A stretch of DNA of 64,000 nt from an uncultured Planctomycetales bacterium (GTDB lineage Bacteria; Planctomycetota; Planctomycetia; Pirellulales; S012-138), in contig CALBRZ010000083.1 of the NCBI GenBank assembly GCA_937927735.1, forward strand, positions 544 to 64,543, given 5' to 3'. The position numbers and the translations under genes were made by a program. The notes under the pieces were generated by a model. The model was given only the letters and a program-made list of their open reading frames with translations, was not told where the DNA came from and searched no databases. This document shows positions 1 through 9,479 of this stretch, piece after piece; within the stretch, counting starts at the first letter, position 1, and each line of letters opens with the position of its first letter.

Positions 1-46
1 GGGATTGGTACGGGTCGGCCGGTAGTTCCATGGCGGTGCCTCCTGG

Positions 47-385
47 TTAATGTTCATGCGCCTGCTGGCCGAGTCGGATCTGCTGCAGCGTCGAAACGAT
101 GCCGCAGAGAATCGCGGGAGCCAGGCAGCCCACCACGCAGACCTCCAGCACGCGCCCTAGCAAGGCGTGCTGGGGGATGAAGGTCGACCGGAGCATCATG
201 ATGGTGATGCCGAAGGCCAGCATGACGGGCTGTTGCCCCAGCATAGCTAACATGCCGCGGCGCGTGGCCGGGGTAGAGTTCGCTAAAGCTGCCAGGCTGG
301 ACATCAGCACGAAGGGAATGGCAGCCAGCATGGATGCCAGAAGGGCTTCACCGAATTGCAGACCGGTGGAAACTTCGCCGCGCAC
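47..385 (-). CDS. hypothetical small membrane protein
   Basis: 112-codon ORF with a GTG start, GC-rich third codon positions and several hydrophobic helix-like stretches (AIPFVLMSSLAALA, VMLAFGITIMML, VVGCLAPAILCGIV). No recognisable family. Confidence 0.4.
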   Translation of the reverse strand: MRGEVSTGLQFGEALLASMLAAIPFVLMSSLAALANSTPATRRGMLAMLGQQPVMLAFGITIMMLRSTFIPQHALLGRVLEVCVVGCLAPAILCGIVSTLQQIRLGQQAHEH

Positions 386-656
386 GGACGGGGTGAGGGC
401 GTAGAGAAGCCCCCAGCACGAAGAAGAATCAAATGGCCGCCCCGATCAGACCGGCCACCGTGGCGGCGAAGACGCCCCGGCACCAACTGATGAATCTCGG
501 AAAGGAGGCAACCGGTCGAATCGGCCTGCTGCCAGGATTCGTGGGTGATTGATGGGGATTGGCCGCTGACTGCATGCATCTACCCCGGCCAAGCGAGCGG
601 CGCGCCAAGAGCCGGCGCTGCTCTAGACGCCATGATGCCCGGCGGGGGAGGGGCGA

Positions 657-1439
657 TCAAAAACGCATGCCGGTGAAACCGCCGTCCACGTAGTAGCTGG
701 CGCCGGTGATGAAGCTGCCGGCGACGGGGGCGAGCAACAGAATGGTTGCCCCGACCAGTTCATGCGGCTCGCCGAAGCGGGCCATAGGCGTCTGGGCCAT
801 GATGCTGGCCACACGCTGCGGATCGAGAATCTTGCGGTTCTGTTCCGCCGGGAAGAAGCCAGGGCATAAGGCGTTCACACGCACGCCGTAGGGGGCCAAC
901 TCGCGGGCGACGTTCTTGGTGAGGTTTTCGACGGCCGCCTTCGAAGCCGAGTACGCGAACACCCGCGACAGCGGCAGATGGCTGGTCACGCTGGCGATGT
1001 TGACGATGGCGCCGCCGCCGTTGTCGACCATGTGCTTGCCGAAGATCTGGCAGCCCCAGTGAACCGCGGTCAGGTTGCTGTGGATGACGCGTTCCCAGTC
1101 CTCGTCGGTCACTTCGAAGTAGCTGCTGCCGGAGTTCACGCCGGCGCCGTTGATGAGGAAGTCGACCTTGCCCCGGGCTGCCACGGCCGCGGCCAGCAGC
1201 TCCTCGATCGACTTGCGTTGCGAGACATCGACCGGCAGGAAGGCCGCCTCTCCACCCAGGGCTTTGATGGCCTCGACACGTTCGGCGCCACGCTCGGCCG
1301 AGCGGCCGGCGACGATCGTGAAGGCACCGGCCTGGGCGATGCCTTCGGCCAGCGCTCCGCCCAGCACACCCGTGCCCCCGATCACGACGGCGGTACGCCC
1401 GTGCAGGCCGAACAAGTGGCGGAGGTAGTCAGCGTTCAT
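657..1439 (-). CDS. short-chain dehydrogenase/reductase (SDR) family oxidoreductase
   Basis: N-terminal Rossmann motif VIGGTGVLGGALA and catalytic YSASK (YxxxK). Typical 260-aa length. GAGG lies 6 nt upstream of the ATG. Confidence 0.9.
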   Translation of the reverse strand: MNADYLRHLFGLHGRTAVVIGGTGVLGGALAEGIAQAGAFTIVAGRSAERGAERVEAIKALGGEAAFLPVDVSQRKSIEELLAAAVAARGKVDFLINGAGVNSGSSYFEVTDEDWERVIHSNLTAVHWGCQIFGKHMVDNGGGAIVNIASVTSHLPLSRVFAYSASKAAVENLTKNVARELAPYGVRVNALCPGFFPAEQNRKILDPQRVASIMAQTPMARFGEPHELVGATILLLAPVAGSFITGASYYVDGGFTGMRF

Positions 1440-1617
1440 CAGGAGCCTCGGATCGGCGAACGGTACAGATGCGAGATTTCAACGGGTGGCAGGCTGGTGG
1501 CGTCCAGGGAAGCGGCGTCACCGCAAGACACCTAACGCGCGGCGCAGTGGAAACCGGCCCGCGGCCGGCTAAGAGGGCCGCGGGCCGGCACGGTGTTGCG
1601 CTATAAGCTTCGCGAGT

Positions 1618-3060
1618 TTAGTCCTTGGGGGGCCGGCGCTTGGAGAGCCAGTCGGTGTGGAACGTGCCCGGCTGGTCCACGCGCTCGTAGGTGTGGGCGC
1701 CAAAGTAGTCGCGCTGGGCCTGGAGCAGGTTGGCCGGCAGCCGCTGCTGACGATAGCCGTCGTAGTAGGTCAGGGCCGTGGTGAAGGCCGGCACCGGGAT
1801 GCCCAGGTTGATCGCCGTGGTGACCACGTGCCGCCAGGCCGGCTGGGCGCTGGCCACAGCGTTGGTGAAGTACGGGGCCAGCAGCAGGTTTTCCAGATCC
1901 GGTTCGGCGTCGAACGCTTCCTTGATGCGATCGAGGAACTGGGCGCGGATGATGCAGCCGCCCCGCCACAGCAGCGCGATATCGCCGTACTTCAGCGGCC
2001 AGTCGTGCTCCTTGGCCGCGGCTTCAAGCTGCACGAAGCCCTGGGCGTAGCTGCAGATCTTCGAGGCGTAGAGCGCCTGCCGCACCTGCTCGATGAACTG
2101 CTTGGGATCGCCGTCGTACTCGCCATCCGGGCCGTGCAGCACCTTGCTCGCGCGGACGCGAGGATCCTTCATCGCCGAGAGGCAACGGGCGAACACGGCT
2201 TCGGTGACCAGGGTGCTGGGCACGCCCAGGTCCAGCGCCAGTTGGCTCATCCACTTGCCGGTGCCCTTGGCGCCGGCCCGGTCGAGGATCACGTCGACCA
2301 GCCGCTGGTTGGTCAGCTCGTCTTCGACGCTGAAAATATCGCGGGTGATCTCGATCAGGTAGCTGTTAAGCTCCCCGCGGTTCCACTCGTCGAACACGTC
2401 GTACAGTTCGTCGTTGGTGAGGCCCAGCACGTGCTTGAGCATGAAGTAGGCTTCGCAGATGAGCTGCATGTCGCCGTACTCGATGCCGTTGTGGACCATC
2501 TTCACGTAGTGGCCGGCGCCGCGAGGGCCCACCCATTCACAGCAGGGAATGCCGTTGTTGGGGCCCACCTTGGCCGCGATCGCCTTGAAGATCGGCTCGA
2601 CCAGCGGCCAGGCCTTCTCGCTACCGCCGGGCATCAGGCTGGGGCCCTTGAGGGCGCCTTCTTCGCCGCCGGAAACGCCGGTGCCGATAAACAGCAGGCC
2701 CTTGCTTTCCACGTAGGCGGTGCGGCGCTCGGTGTCGGCGTAGTGGGTGTTGCCGCCATCGATGATGATGTCGCCAGGCTCCAGCAGCGGGATCAGGTCC
2801 TCGATCACGGCGTCGACCGCCGGACCGGCCTTGATCATCAGCATGATCTTGCGGGGCCGCTTGAGCGACTTGACCAGGTCGGTCAGCTCGTGGCAGCCGA
2901 TGAAGTTCTTGCCCTTGGCCCGGCCCTGAATGAACTCGTCGACCTTTTCGGTGGTGCGGTTGTAGACAGCGACGGTGTAACCGCGGCTTTCCATGTTCAG
3001 GGCCAGGTTCTCGCCCATCACGGCGAGGCCCATCAGTCCGATATCGGCAAGCGTGCTCAT
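1618..3060 (-). CDS. gnd: 6-phosphogluconate dehydrogenase, decarboxylating
   Basis: Start re-called at MSTLADIGLMGLAVMGENLALNMESRGY (NAD(P)-binding GxAxxG). Gnd-like along the full length (GGNTHY, GTGVSGGEEGA, HNGIEYGDMQLI). Gives 480 aa. Confidence 0.95.
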   Translation of the reverse strand: MSTLADIGLMGLAVMGENLALNMESRGYTVAVYNRTTEKVDEFIQGRAKGKNFIGCHELTDLVKSLKRPRKIMLMIKAGPAVDAVIEDLIPLLEPGDIIIDGGNTHYADTERRTAYVESKGLLFIGTGVSGGEEGALKGPSLMPGGSEKAWPLVEPIFKAIAAKVGPNNGIPCCEWVGPRGAGHYVKMVHNGIEYGDMQLICEAYFMLKHVLGLTNDELYDVFDEWNRGELNSYLIEITRDIFSVEDELTNQRLVDVILDRAGAKGTGKWMSQLALDLGVPSTLVTEAVFARCLSAMKDPRVRASKVLHGPDGEYDGDPKQFIEQVRQALYASKICSYAQGFVQLEAAAKEHDWPLKYGDIALLWRGGCIIRAQFLDRIKEAFDAEPDLENLLLAPYFTNAVASAQPAWRHVVTTAINLGIPVPAFTTALTYYDGYRQQRLPANLLQAQRDYFGAHTYERVDQPGTFHTDWLSKRRPPKD

Positions 3061-3392
3061 CGACGGAGGTTCCGGGAAAAACGTGGGGCAAACGGCAAGA
3101 ACGGGTGCCAGCATGGCACCAAGCCGCCATTTTCATGAAACCGGCCTAGGAAACAAGGGGCGCAACCGGCGGCACGGGCCGGCTCTTGCCGTATGCGGCA
3201 GGTTCGATGCGTTGTGCCCAGACCGCCTCCGATTGCCGTCTTGAAGCAGCCAGCGTCTCCCTGCCAGCAGAGCGGCCGGAAAAGGGGGGACATTGCACTT
3301 GCCGCTGTGGGCGGTGCTCGCTATGGTCCTGCGACCTTTCTCCGGCGGAACTCGCGCCCGCCTTTCCCGCAAACGTCGCGGACGGAGTTGGC

Positions 3393-4166
3393 ATGGTGGA
3401 TACAGTTCGACAGCCTTCGGCATGTGGCGCTGCGACGGCCTGGGGCCGGTCGCGAGCCTGGCTGGTCGCGGTGGCCCTGGTGACGCCCCTGGTGGGCTGC
3501 AATTTCGAGGGCCGGCGGCTCAACGGCCAAGGTGTGCACCTGTTTCAGCAGGGGAACCTCGACGCCGCGCAGGTTGCATTCCAGCAAGCGCTAGCGCACG
3601 ATCCGCAGAACTCCAATATCTACTATAACTTAGGCCGCGTACACCAGCAGCGGGGTAAGCAACTGCAGAGCCAGGCCGACCTGCAAAAGGCCGAGAGCTA
3701 TTTCCACCTGGCGCTGGATCAGAACGACAACAACCGCGACTGCTACCGCGCGTTGGCCGTGCTGCTCCTGGAGCAGGATCGGGCCGAACAGGCGTTCACG
3801 CTGCTGGAAGGCTGGGCGATGCGCAGCCCCAAGTCGGCTGAGCCGCGGATCGAGCTGGCCCGGTTGTACGAGGAGTTCAACGAGCTGGAGCCGGCCAAAG
3901 AAAAGCTGATGGAGGCCCTGAAGCTGGAGCCCAATCATCCCCGGGCATTGGCCGCGCTGGGCAATATCCACGAGCGGCAGGGCGATTACGCCCAGGCGTT
4001 GGCCGACTACAAGCGGTCGCTCTACTACGACCAGAACCAGCCGGAGGTGGCTTCGCGGGTGGCGGCGATCCAGCTTTCGATGCCGCGGCTCTCGCAGGCC
4101 GTTTCGGCTCAGCCGCCGCTGACGCCGACTATGGGCCGGACATTCACCACGCGCAACCGGTACTAA
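3393..4166 (+). CDS. TPR-repeat lipoprotein
   Basis: Start re-called at the ATG at 3393. Lipobox-like LVTPLVGC follows a hydrophobic stretch. Repeated TPR-like units (AFQQALAHDPQNSNIYYNLG, ALKLEPNHPRALAALGNIHERQGDYAQALADYKRSL). Confidence 0.75.
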   Translation: MVDTVRQPSACGAATAWGRSRAWLVAVALVTPLVGCNFEGRRLNGQGVHLFQQGNLDAAQVAFQQALAHDPQNSNIYYNLGRVHQQRGKQLQSQADLQKAESYFHLALDQNDNNRDCYRALAVLLLEQDRAEQAFTLLEGWAMRSPKSAEPRIELARLYEEFNELEPAKEKLMEALKLEPNHPRALAALGNIHERQGDYAQALADYKRSLYYDQNQPEVASRVAAIQLSMPRLSQAVSAQPPLTPTMGRTFTTRNRY

Positions 4167-4185
4167 ATCGCCGACGAACACGGAT

Positions 4186-4249
4186 GGCACCGGCAAACAT
4201 CAACGGTGCCGCATGAATTCGGATGCCCGGGAGCCCCCGGGGGCTCTGG
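4186..4249. terminator. two stem-loops between convergent genes (possible factor-independent terminators)
   Basis: GGCACCG(4186-4192)/CGGTGCC(4204-4210), then a GGGAGCCCC/GGGGCTCT hairpin at about 4228-4249. No clear T-run. Confidence 0.35.
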
Positions 4250-4257
4250 CTGGCGTG

Positions 4258-5202
4258 TTACGCGCTCTCGGCCACCGCAACGGTTTCCGGCTCGGGGGCC
4301 GAGGCGGTTTCGGCGGGCCGGTAGCAATGCACCTTGTTCCGGCCGGCTTCTTTCGACTTATAAAGCGCTTCGTCGGCGTGCTTGAGAATGGTTTCGGCCG
4401 TGTCGCCTTCTTCGACGGCCGCCACGCCGATGCTGAACGTGATCGCCACACGTTCGGCTTCCATCGTGTCGAAGTTCTGCTTGGCGATCTCTGACCGGAT
4501 GCGTTCCGCAATTGCGGCCGCCGTCTCCAGATCGGCCCCCGGCAGCAGCATGGCGAACTCGTCGCCGCCGTACCGCGCGACGAAGTCGTCCTCGCGCAAA
4601 CGTTTCTTGATGAATTGACCCACGTGGGCCACCACGCAGTCGCCGGACTGGTGCCCGTGGGTGTCGTTGATCCACTTGAAGTGATCGATATCGGTGAGGA
4701 TCAGCACGAACGGCTCGCCTTCGCGCCGCCAGGTGCGGAGCATCAGGTCCAGCCGTTCGTCGAATGCCTTGCGGTTGGCCACGCCGCTGAGGGCGTCGGT
4801 CCGGGCTTCGCGGCGGGTGCGGTCGATCTCCTGGGCCTGCTGCTCAAGTTTGAGCCGGGCGTAGGTCAGGTCGTCTTCCAGCTTGCGGTTAGATTCCAGC
4901 ACGCTGGCAATCTGGTCCAGTAGGGCGTGCTGAACGCCGCGGAAACTGGGATCGATGGGCATGTCGATCAGGTTCCGCCCCACCTGCTTGATCTCGCTGT
5001 TGTGTACGTCAACGTCGTTGTGCAACCGGTCGGCGGTGCTCAGCAGGTTGGCGAGCACTTTGAGCGTGACTTCGCGTTCTTTGCGGGCGCTGGACGAGCG
5101 CTTGACCGGTTTGCGGCTGGAGCGGCCCAGATAATAGCCGACCCCCACGCCGACGAAGACGCTGGCCAGAACCCACGGCAGTACGAACTGAAGCTGCGTC
5201 AC
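4258..5202 (-). CDS. membrane-anchored diguanylate cyclase (GGDEF domain)
   Basis: Start re-called at the GTG at 5202, with GGAAGG 6 nt upstream. One N-terminal TM helix (FVLPWVLASVFVGVGVGYYL), a coiled-coil-like linker, then a GGDEF domain (DALSGVANRKAF, HGHQSGD, RYGGDEFAMLL). RxxD I-site REDD lies 5 residues before GGDEF. Confidence 0.9.
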   Translation of the reverse strand: MTQLQFVLPWVLASVFVGVGVGYYLGRSSRKPVKRSSSARKEREVTLKVLANLLSTADRLHNDVDVHNSEIKQVGRNLIDMPIDPSFRGVQHALLDQIASVLESNRKLEDDLTYARLKLEQQAQEIDRTRREARTDALSGVANRKAFDERLDLMLRTWRREGEPFVLILTDIDHFKWINDTHGHQSGDCVVAHVGQFIKKRLREDDFVARYGGDEFAMLLPGADLETAAAIAERIRSEIAKQNFDTMEAERVAITFSIGVAAVEEGDTAETILKHADEALYKSKEAGRNKVHCYRPAETASAPEPETVAVAESA

Positions 5203-5802
5203 GGTTGACCTTCCTTTTCGCCCGCACAGCAGCCGGCAGGTGGTCGGCTGCGGCCGGCATGCCCCCCCTCGCAGTGCGGGATCGCCGAAACAGCACCAAT
5301 TCGCCCGGCTGCTATGGAAGGCTATGCCTGTCCGCGCTGTCAGGCCAGTGGTGCTTGCTGGTTCTCGGCCCCGTGCGCTTGGCGAGAAGGCCCCGGCCAT
5401 TCCGCCGGAAACGGCCCTCCATCGTCAAACGTACACGGAAAGCATAGATCACAACAAGCCGCTGGGGGGCCGGGGGAAGCAGCGGTTTTGGGCCGCCGCA
5501 TACCGCGACGGCCGGGATACGGAAAAGCCGGTTGTAACGAGCGTGCGACGCGCTAAGGGCTTATCAGCCAATATCGCCGCCAACGTGCCGCGGCGTGAAC
5601 TAATCTTGCATGTTCCCTGCGCCGAAACGCGGAAAGCTTTTCCGGGGGGGCGGTTTGGCGAGAACGCCAGGCCCGCCGCTCCGGACGAGAGAAGCCGCTG
5701 GCAGACTGCCGGATTCACCGCAGCCCGACAAAGGCCGACGACGTCTGCCGCAACCTTGGTATTGAAGATCCCTCCACCCGTTGCAGCTTGAGCGTCTGCT
5801 CC

Positions 5803-6936
5803 ATGCCTGTTGTCCCGCAACGCATTCTCACCCTCGAAGGCCGCCCCGGTGACGGTGCGCGTATCGAACAGGTGTTGATGCATGCGCCAGGAGTGACCGA
5901 ACTGATGTCGGGGACCTACGAACTGGTCATTGCGCCGGCCTGCGGTTGCGACATCGGCCAGTTGATGGCGTCGCAGGCATTCGATGCGGTGCTGCTGTGT
6001 TTGGGGGCCGGGCTGACCGATCCGGCTCCGCTGATCGCCCAATTGCTCGACGCGGCCCCCTATGCGCCCATCGTGGCGATTGCCGACGAGGCCGATGACG
6101 AACTGGCCCTCCGGGCGGTTTGCCTGGGTGCGCAGGATTACCTGCTGTGGAACGAACTGACCGCCCGTTCGCTTGCCCGCGCGATCCGCGCCTCGATCGA
6201 ACGGTGCTGGGCCAAGCAGCAGATTGCGGAAAGCCGGCTTTCATTCGTGTGGCGGTTGGCCAAGGCCGCCGAGTGCCGCGACGAAGTCACCGGCAATCAC
6301 GTGGTTCGCGTCGGTTGCTATAGCAAGATCCTGGCCGAAGCCCTGGGCATGGATCGCCAGTTTGTCGAGGCGATCTTCGTTACGGCCCCGCTGCACGACA
6401 TCGGCAAGATCGGCATACCGGATGCCATCCTGCGCAAGCCAGGGCCGCTCACGGCCCAGGAACGCGCCGTGATGCAGATGCACTGCGAGATCGGCGAACG
6501 GATCTTGCGCGACGACTCCAAGGCCATGGGCGCGTTTCGCGCCTGGCGCGGGTTGCACCCGCACGGCGAACGCTTCGAACCCGTCGACAGCCTGTTGGAA
6601 ATGGCCTGCACGGTCTCGCTGACCCACCACGAACGCTGGGATGGCCGCGGCTACCCGCGGGGCCTGGCCGGAGAACAGATTCCGCTGGTGGGCCGTATTG
6701 TGGCGATGTCCGACGTGTTTGATGCGCTGCTTTCCGAACGACCGTACAAGCGCGCGTATTCCGAAGACGAAGCCCTGGCCATCCTGGAACAGGAAGTCGG
6801 CCGGCAATTCGATCCCGAAATATACGCGGCACTGCTGCGCTCGCTCGACGACATGCGGCAAGTGCGTGAGGAGTTCAACGACTCCCATTGCGAGGAGCAC
6901 GAGCTGCCGTTCGTGCTCGCGCCCGACAGAAATTGA
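5803..6936 (+). CDS. HD-GYP c-di-GMP phosphodiesterase with degenerate N-terminal receiver-like domain
   Basis: HD motif PLHDIGKIGIPD and HHERWDGRGYPRGL (GYP). The N-terminal ~125 aa has REC-like topology but lacks the acidic pocket (see findings). The ATG at 5803 is preferred over the TTG at 5788. Confidence 0.9.
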   Translation: MPVVPQRILTLEGRPGDGARIEQVLMHAPGVTELMSGTYELVIAPACGCDIGQLMASQAFDAVLLCLGAGLTDPAPLIAQLLDAAPYAPIVAIADEADDELALRAVCLGAQDYLLWNELTARSLARAIRASIERCWAKQQIAESRLSFVWRLAKAAECRDEVTGNHVVRVGCYSKILAEALGMDRQFVEAIFVTAPLHDIGKIGIPDAILRKPGPLTAQERAVMQMHCEIGERILRDDSKAMGAFRAWRGLHPHGERFEPVDSLLEMACTVSLTHHERWDGRGYPRGLAGEQIPLVGRIVAMSDVFDALLSERPYKRAYSEDEALAILEQEVGRQFDPEIYAALLRSLDDMRQVREEFNDSHCEEHELPFVLAPDRN

Positions 6937-6954
6937 TCCGAGGGATTTGCACCC

Positions 6955-8166
6955 ATGTTTGATAACTGGTGCCAAGGCGGCCTGATGGCTCAACCAACAT
7001 CGAACCTTGCGTCTGGTGGCGTAGGTGACCTGGTGGCCGGACTGCTCCTTGGCGACTATGGCCCCGCACCGCAGTTCGAACTGGTGGTCGTCATGGTGTA
7101 CGGCATCCTGCTGACGCTGTTGGCAGGCATGCTGATCCGTGAAACACGCCGCCGGTCCGATCTTGCGCGCGATCGCGACCTCAACCTGCTGGCCAGCCGG
7201 ATCCTGCAGCAGATGCGCAGCCTGACCGGTGACGTGGTCACCGGGCTGGGGAAGTACGCCGCGCAGATCGAGTCGGTGAGTCGGGCCATCGTGCATGCCT
7301 CGGCCGAAGATCGTCCATTCCTCCAGCAGCGGCTGGTCGAACTGATGCAGCAGATGGTTTCGGTTAACCGCGCGCTGCAAGCCCGATTGAACGAAGCCGA
7401 AAATCAACTGGCCCAGCAGCGCGACCAACTGGCGCGGCATGCCTCGGAAGCCCGCACCGATGCCCTGACGGGACTGCCCAATCGCCGCGCCTTCGACGAA
7501 GCATGTGCCCGCAGCCTGGCCGAGTGGGAACGGTTTGGACACCCGTTCTCGCTGGTGCTGCTGGACGTGGACCGTTTCAAACAGTTCAACGATCAGTTTG
7601 GGCACGTGGCCGGCGATACCGTTCTGCAAGCCGTGGCCAGCAGGCTCTCGTGCGGCCGGGCAAGCGATACGGTGTGCCGGTTTGGCGGCGAGGAGTTCGC
7701 CATCCTGCTGAACGATACCGCGCTACCCGAGGCGCTGCTGCCGGCCGAACGCGCCCGGCAACAGTTGGCCCAGCAAGTGGTCATGATCGACGGTAAGCCC
7801 CACCGCGTGACCGTCAGTGTGGGCGTGGCCACGGTGCTGGCCGAGGAAACGGTGAACAGCCTGCTTGAGCGCGCCGACGCGGCCTTGTATGCCGCCAAAA
7901 AGGCCGGGCGAAACTGCACCTGGTATCACGACGGCGAACAATCCCACCCCGCAAGCGCGGTCTTGGGATTGATGCCGCAGTTCGCCACGGTCAGCAGCGC
8001 CGAGGAAGAGGCGTTTCCAGAAACCCTGCCGCTGGAGAGCCGCAGTTGCTACCCGGCCAGCGAGGCCAGCCTGGCCAGCAGCATTGCCGAACTGGAAGCC
8101 GTGTGCAGCGAACTGCGCCGCCAGTTCGAGGAAAAGATGGGCAGCGCGGCCGCCACCAAGGCGTAA
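6955..8166 (+). CDS. membrane-anchored diguanylate cyclase (GGEEF)
   Basis: TM helix (VVVMVYGILLTLLAGMLI), a coiled-coil-like segment, then a GGDEF domain (DALTGLPNRRAF, FGHVAGD, RFGGEEFAILL). I-site RASD lies 5 residues upstream of GGEEF. Confidence 0.9.
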   Translation: MFDNWCQGGLMAQPTSNLASGGVGDLVAGLLLGDYGPAPQFELVVVMVYGILLTLLAGMLIRETRRRSDLARDRDLNLLASRILQQMRSLTGDVVTGLGKYAAQIESVSRAIVHASAEDRPFLQQRLVELMQQMVSVNRALQARLNEAENQLAQQRDQLARHASEARTDALTGLPNRRAFDEACARSLAEWERFGHPFSLVLLDVDRFKQFNDQFGHVAGDTVLQAVASRLSCGRASDTVCRFGGEEFAILLNDTALPEALLPAERARQQLAQQVVMIDGKPHRVTVSVGVATVLAEETVNSLLERADAALYAAKKAGRNCTWYHDGEQSHPASAVLGLMPQFATVSSAEEEAFPETLPLESRSCYPASEASLASSIAELEAVCSELRRQFEEKMGSAAATKA

Positions 8167-8387
8167 CCGTTACCGCACATTGCCCCCGGGCGAGACACGC
8201 GGGGCGAAAGCCTCGCAACCGCGCCTTCACCGCTGCCGCAGCAAGCATCCTTCTCTGGTAATCCCTCGACTGCTGTTTGACCGGGGGACTGCCTTTGCTA
8301 TGGTCCGCGCCCCGGGCCACCAGGGGGAGTCCGTCACTTTGCTTGGACTGCTATCAAGGCAGTCGCTGCAACTCCAGGGAGGGAGTC

Positions 8388-9365
8388 ATGCACGCATTGG
8401 GCACCTTCGCCCACGCTTATCGTTGGGCATTTCGATCCGCGGTGTTGCTGGTTACCGCGGGGCTGCTTGTGGGGTGCGGACTGGAACCGCCGCCACAGCG
8501 TCAAACCTCTACGCAACCAGAAACCCAGCCGGTTTCACACGTACCGCCAGCGGCCCAAACCGGCGAGACTATTCGTATCGCGTCGTTCAACATTCAGGTG
8601 TTTGGCCAGGCCAAGCTCGACCAGCTCGACGTGATGCAGCGGCTGGCGCACATCGTCCGCCAGTTCGACGTGGTCGCCATCCAAGAGATTCGTTCCAAGG
8701 AACAGAACGTCCTGCCGACGTTTCTGCAATTCATCAATGCCGACGGTTCGCGGTACGACTTTGTGATCGGCCCCCGACAGGGACGCACGAGCAGCAAGGA
8801 ACAGTATGCCTTTGTCTATAACTCGGCCACGATCGAATTGATGCCCGACTCGGTATACGTGGTGCCCGATCCCGAGGATTTGTTCCACCGTCCGCCGCTG
8901 GTAGCCGGCTTCCGCGTGCGCGGTCCGCCGAACCCGTTCACGTTCACGCTGATCAACATTCACACTGATCCGGACGAAGCCGACCTGGAAGTGGATGCCC
9001 TGGCTGATGTCTATCTCTCGGTGCTTCAGCAGCCCGGCGCCGACGATGACGTGATCGTGCTGGGCGATTTGAACGTTAGTGATCGCAAGCTGGGCCGGTT
9101 GGGGGCGATCCCTGGCATGATGTGGGCGATCAGCGGCGAGCCGACCAATACGCGGATGACGCAGACCTACGACAATTTACTGTGGCTGCGACAGACGACC
9201 GAGTTCACCGGACGCAGCGGCGTTTATAACCTGATGGACGAATTGGGCCTGACCATGGAGCAGGCCTTGGCGATCTCGGACCACATGCCGGTTTGGGCCG
9301 AGTTCAGCGCGGTCGAGGCTCCGCTGGTGGCGGCCGCGCCAGACCAGCCGCGGCGGCAACGCTAG
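8388..9365 (+). CDS. secreted endonuclease/exonuclease/phosphatase (DNase I-like) lipoprotein
   Basis: Start re-called at the ATG at 8388, after GGGAGGGAG. Lipobox LLVGC. EEP motifs: IASFNIQVFG, VVAIQEI, VLGDLN, SDHMPVWAEF. Confidence 0.8.
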   Translation: MHALGTFAHAYRWAFRSAVLLVTAGLLVGCGLEPPPQRQTSTQPETQPVSHVPPAAQTGETIRIASFNIQVFGQAKLDQLDVMQRLAHIVRQFDVVAIQEIRSKEQNVLPTFLQFINADGSRYDFVIGPRQGRTSSKEQYAFVYNSATIELMPDSVYVVPDPEDLFHRPPLVAGFRVRGPPNPFTFTLINIHTDPDEADLEVDALADVYLSVLQQPGADDDVIVLGDLNVSDRKLGRLGAIPGMMWAISGEPTNTRMTQTYDNLLWLRQTTEFTGRSGVYNLMDELGLTMEQALAISDHMPVWAEFSAVEAPLVAAAPDQPRRQR

Positions 9366-9479
9366 ACGTAATCCTCCCTCAATCTGGCCGGGTATGCATG
9401 GTTTCTGATGGATCGATCGCGGTTGTCAAAACCGCGAAATTGACCTTGCCATTTCGTACACGCCAGAGAATGATGACTT

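Noticed and set aside
1657-7629. Shadow ORFs 1657-3138 (plus, opposite gnd) and 6241-7629 (minus, spanning the HD-GYP and GGDEF genes)
   Set aside because: They are antisense to motif-rich genes. The second would have to span an intergenic junction of two real genes.
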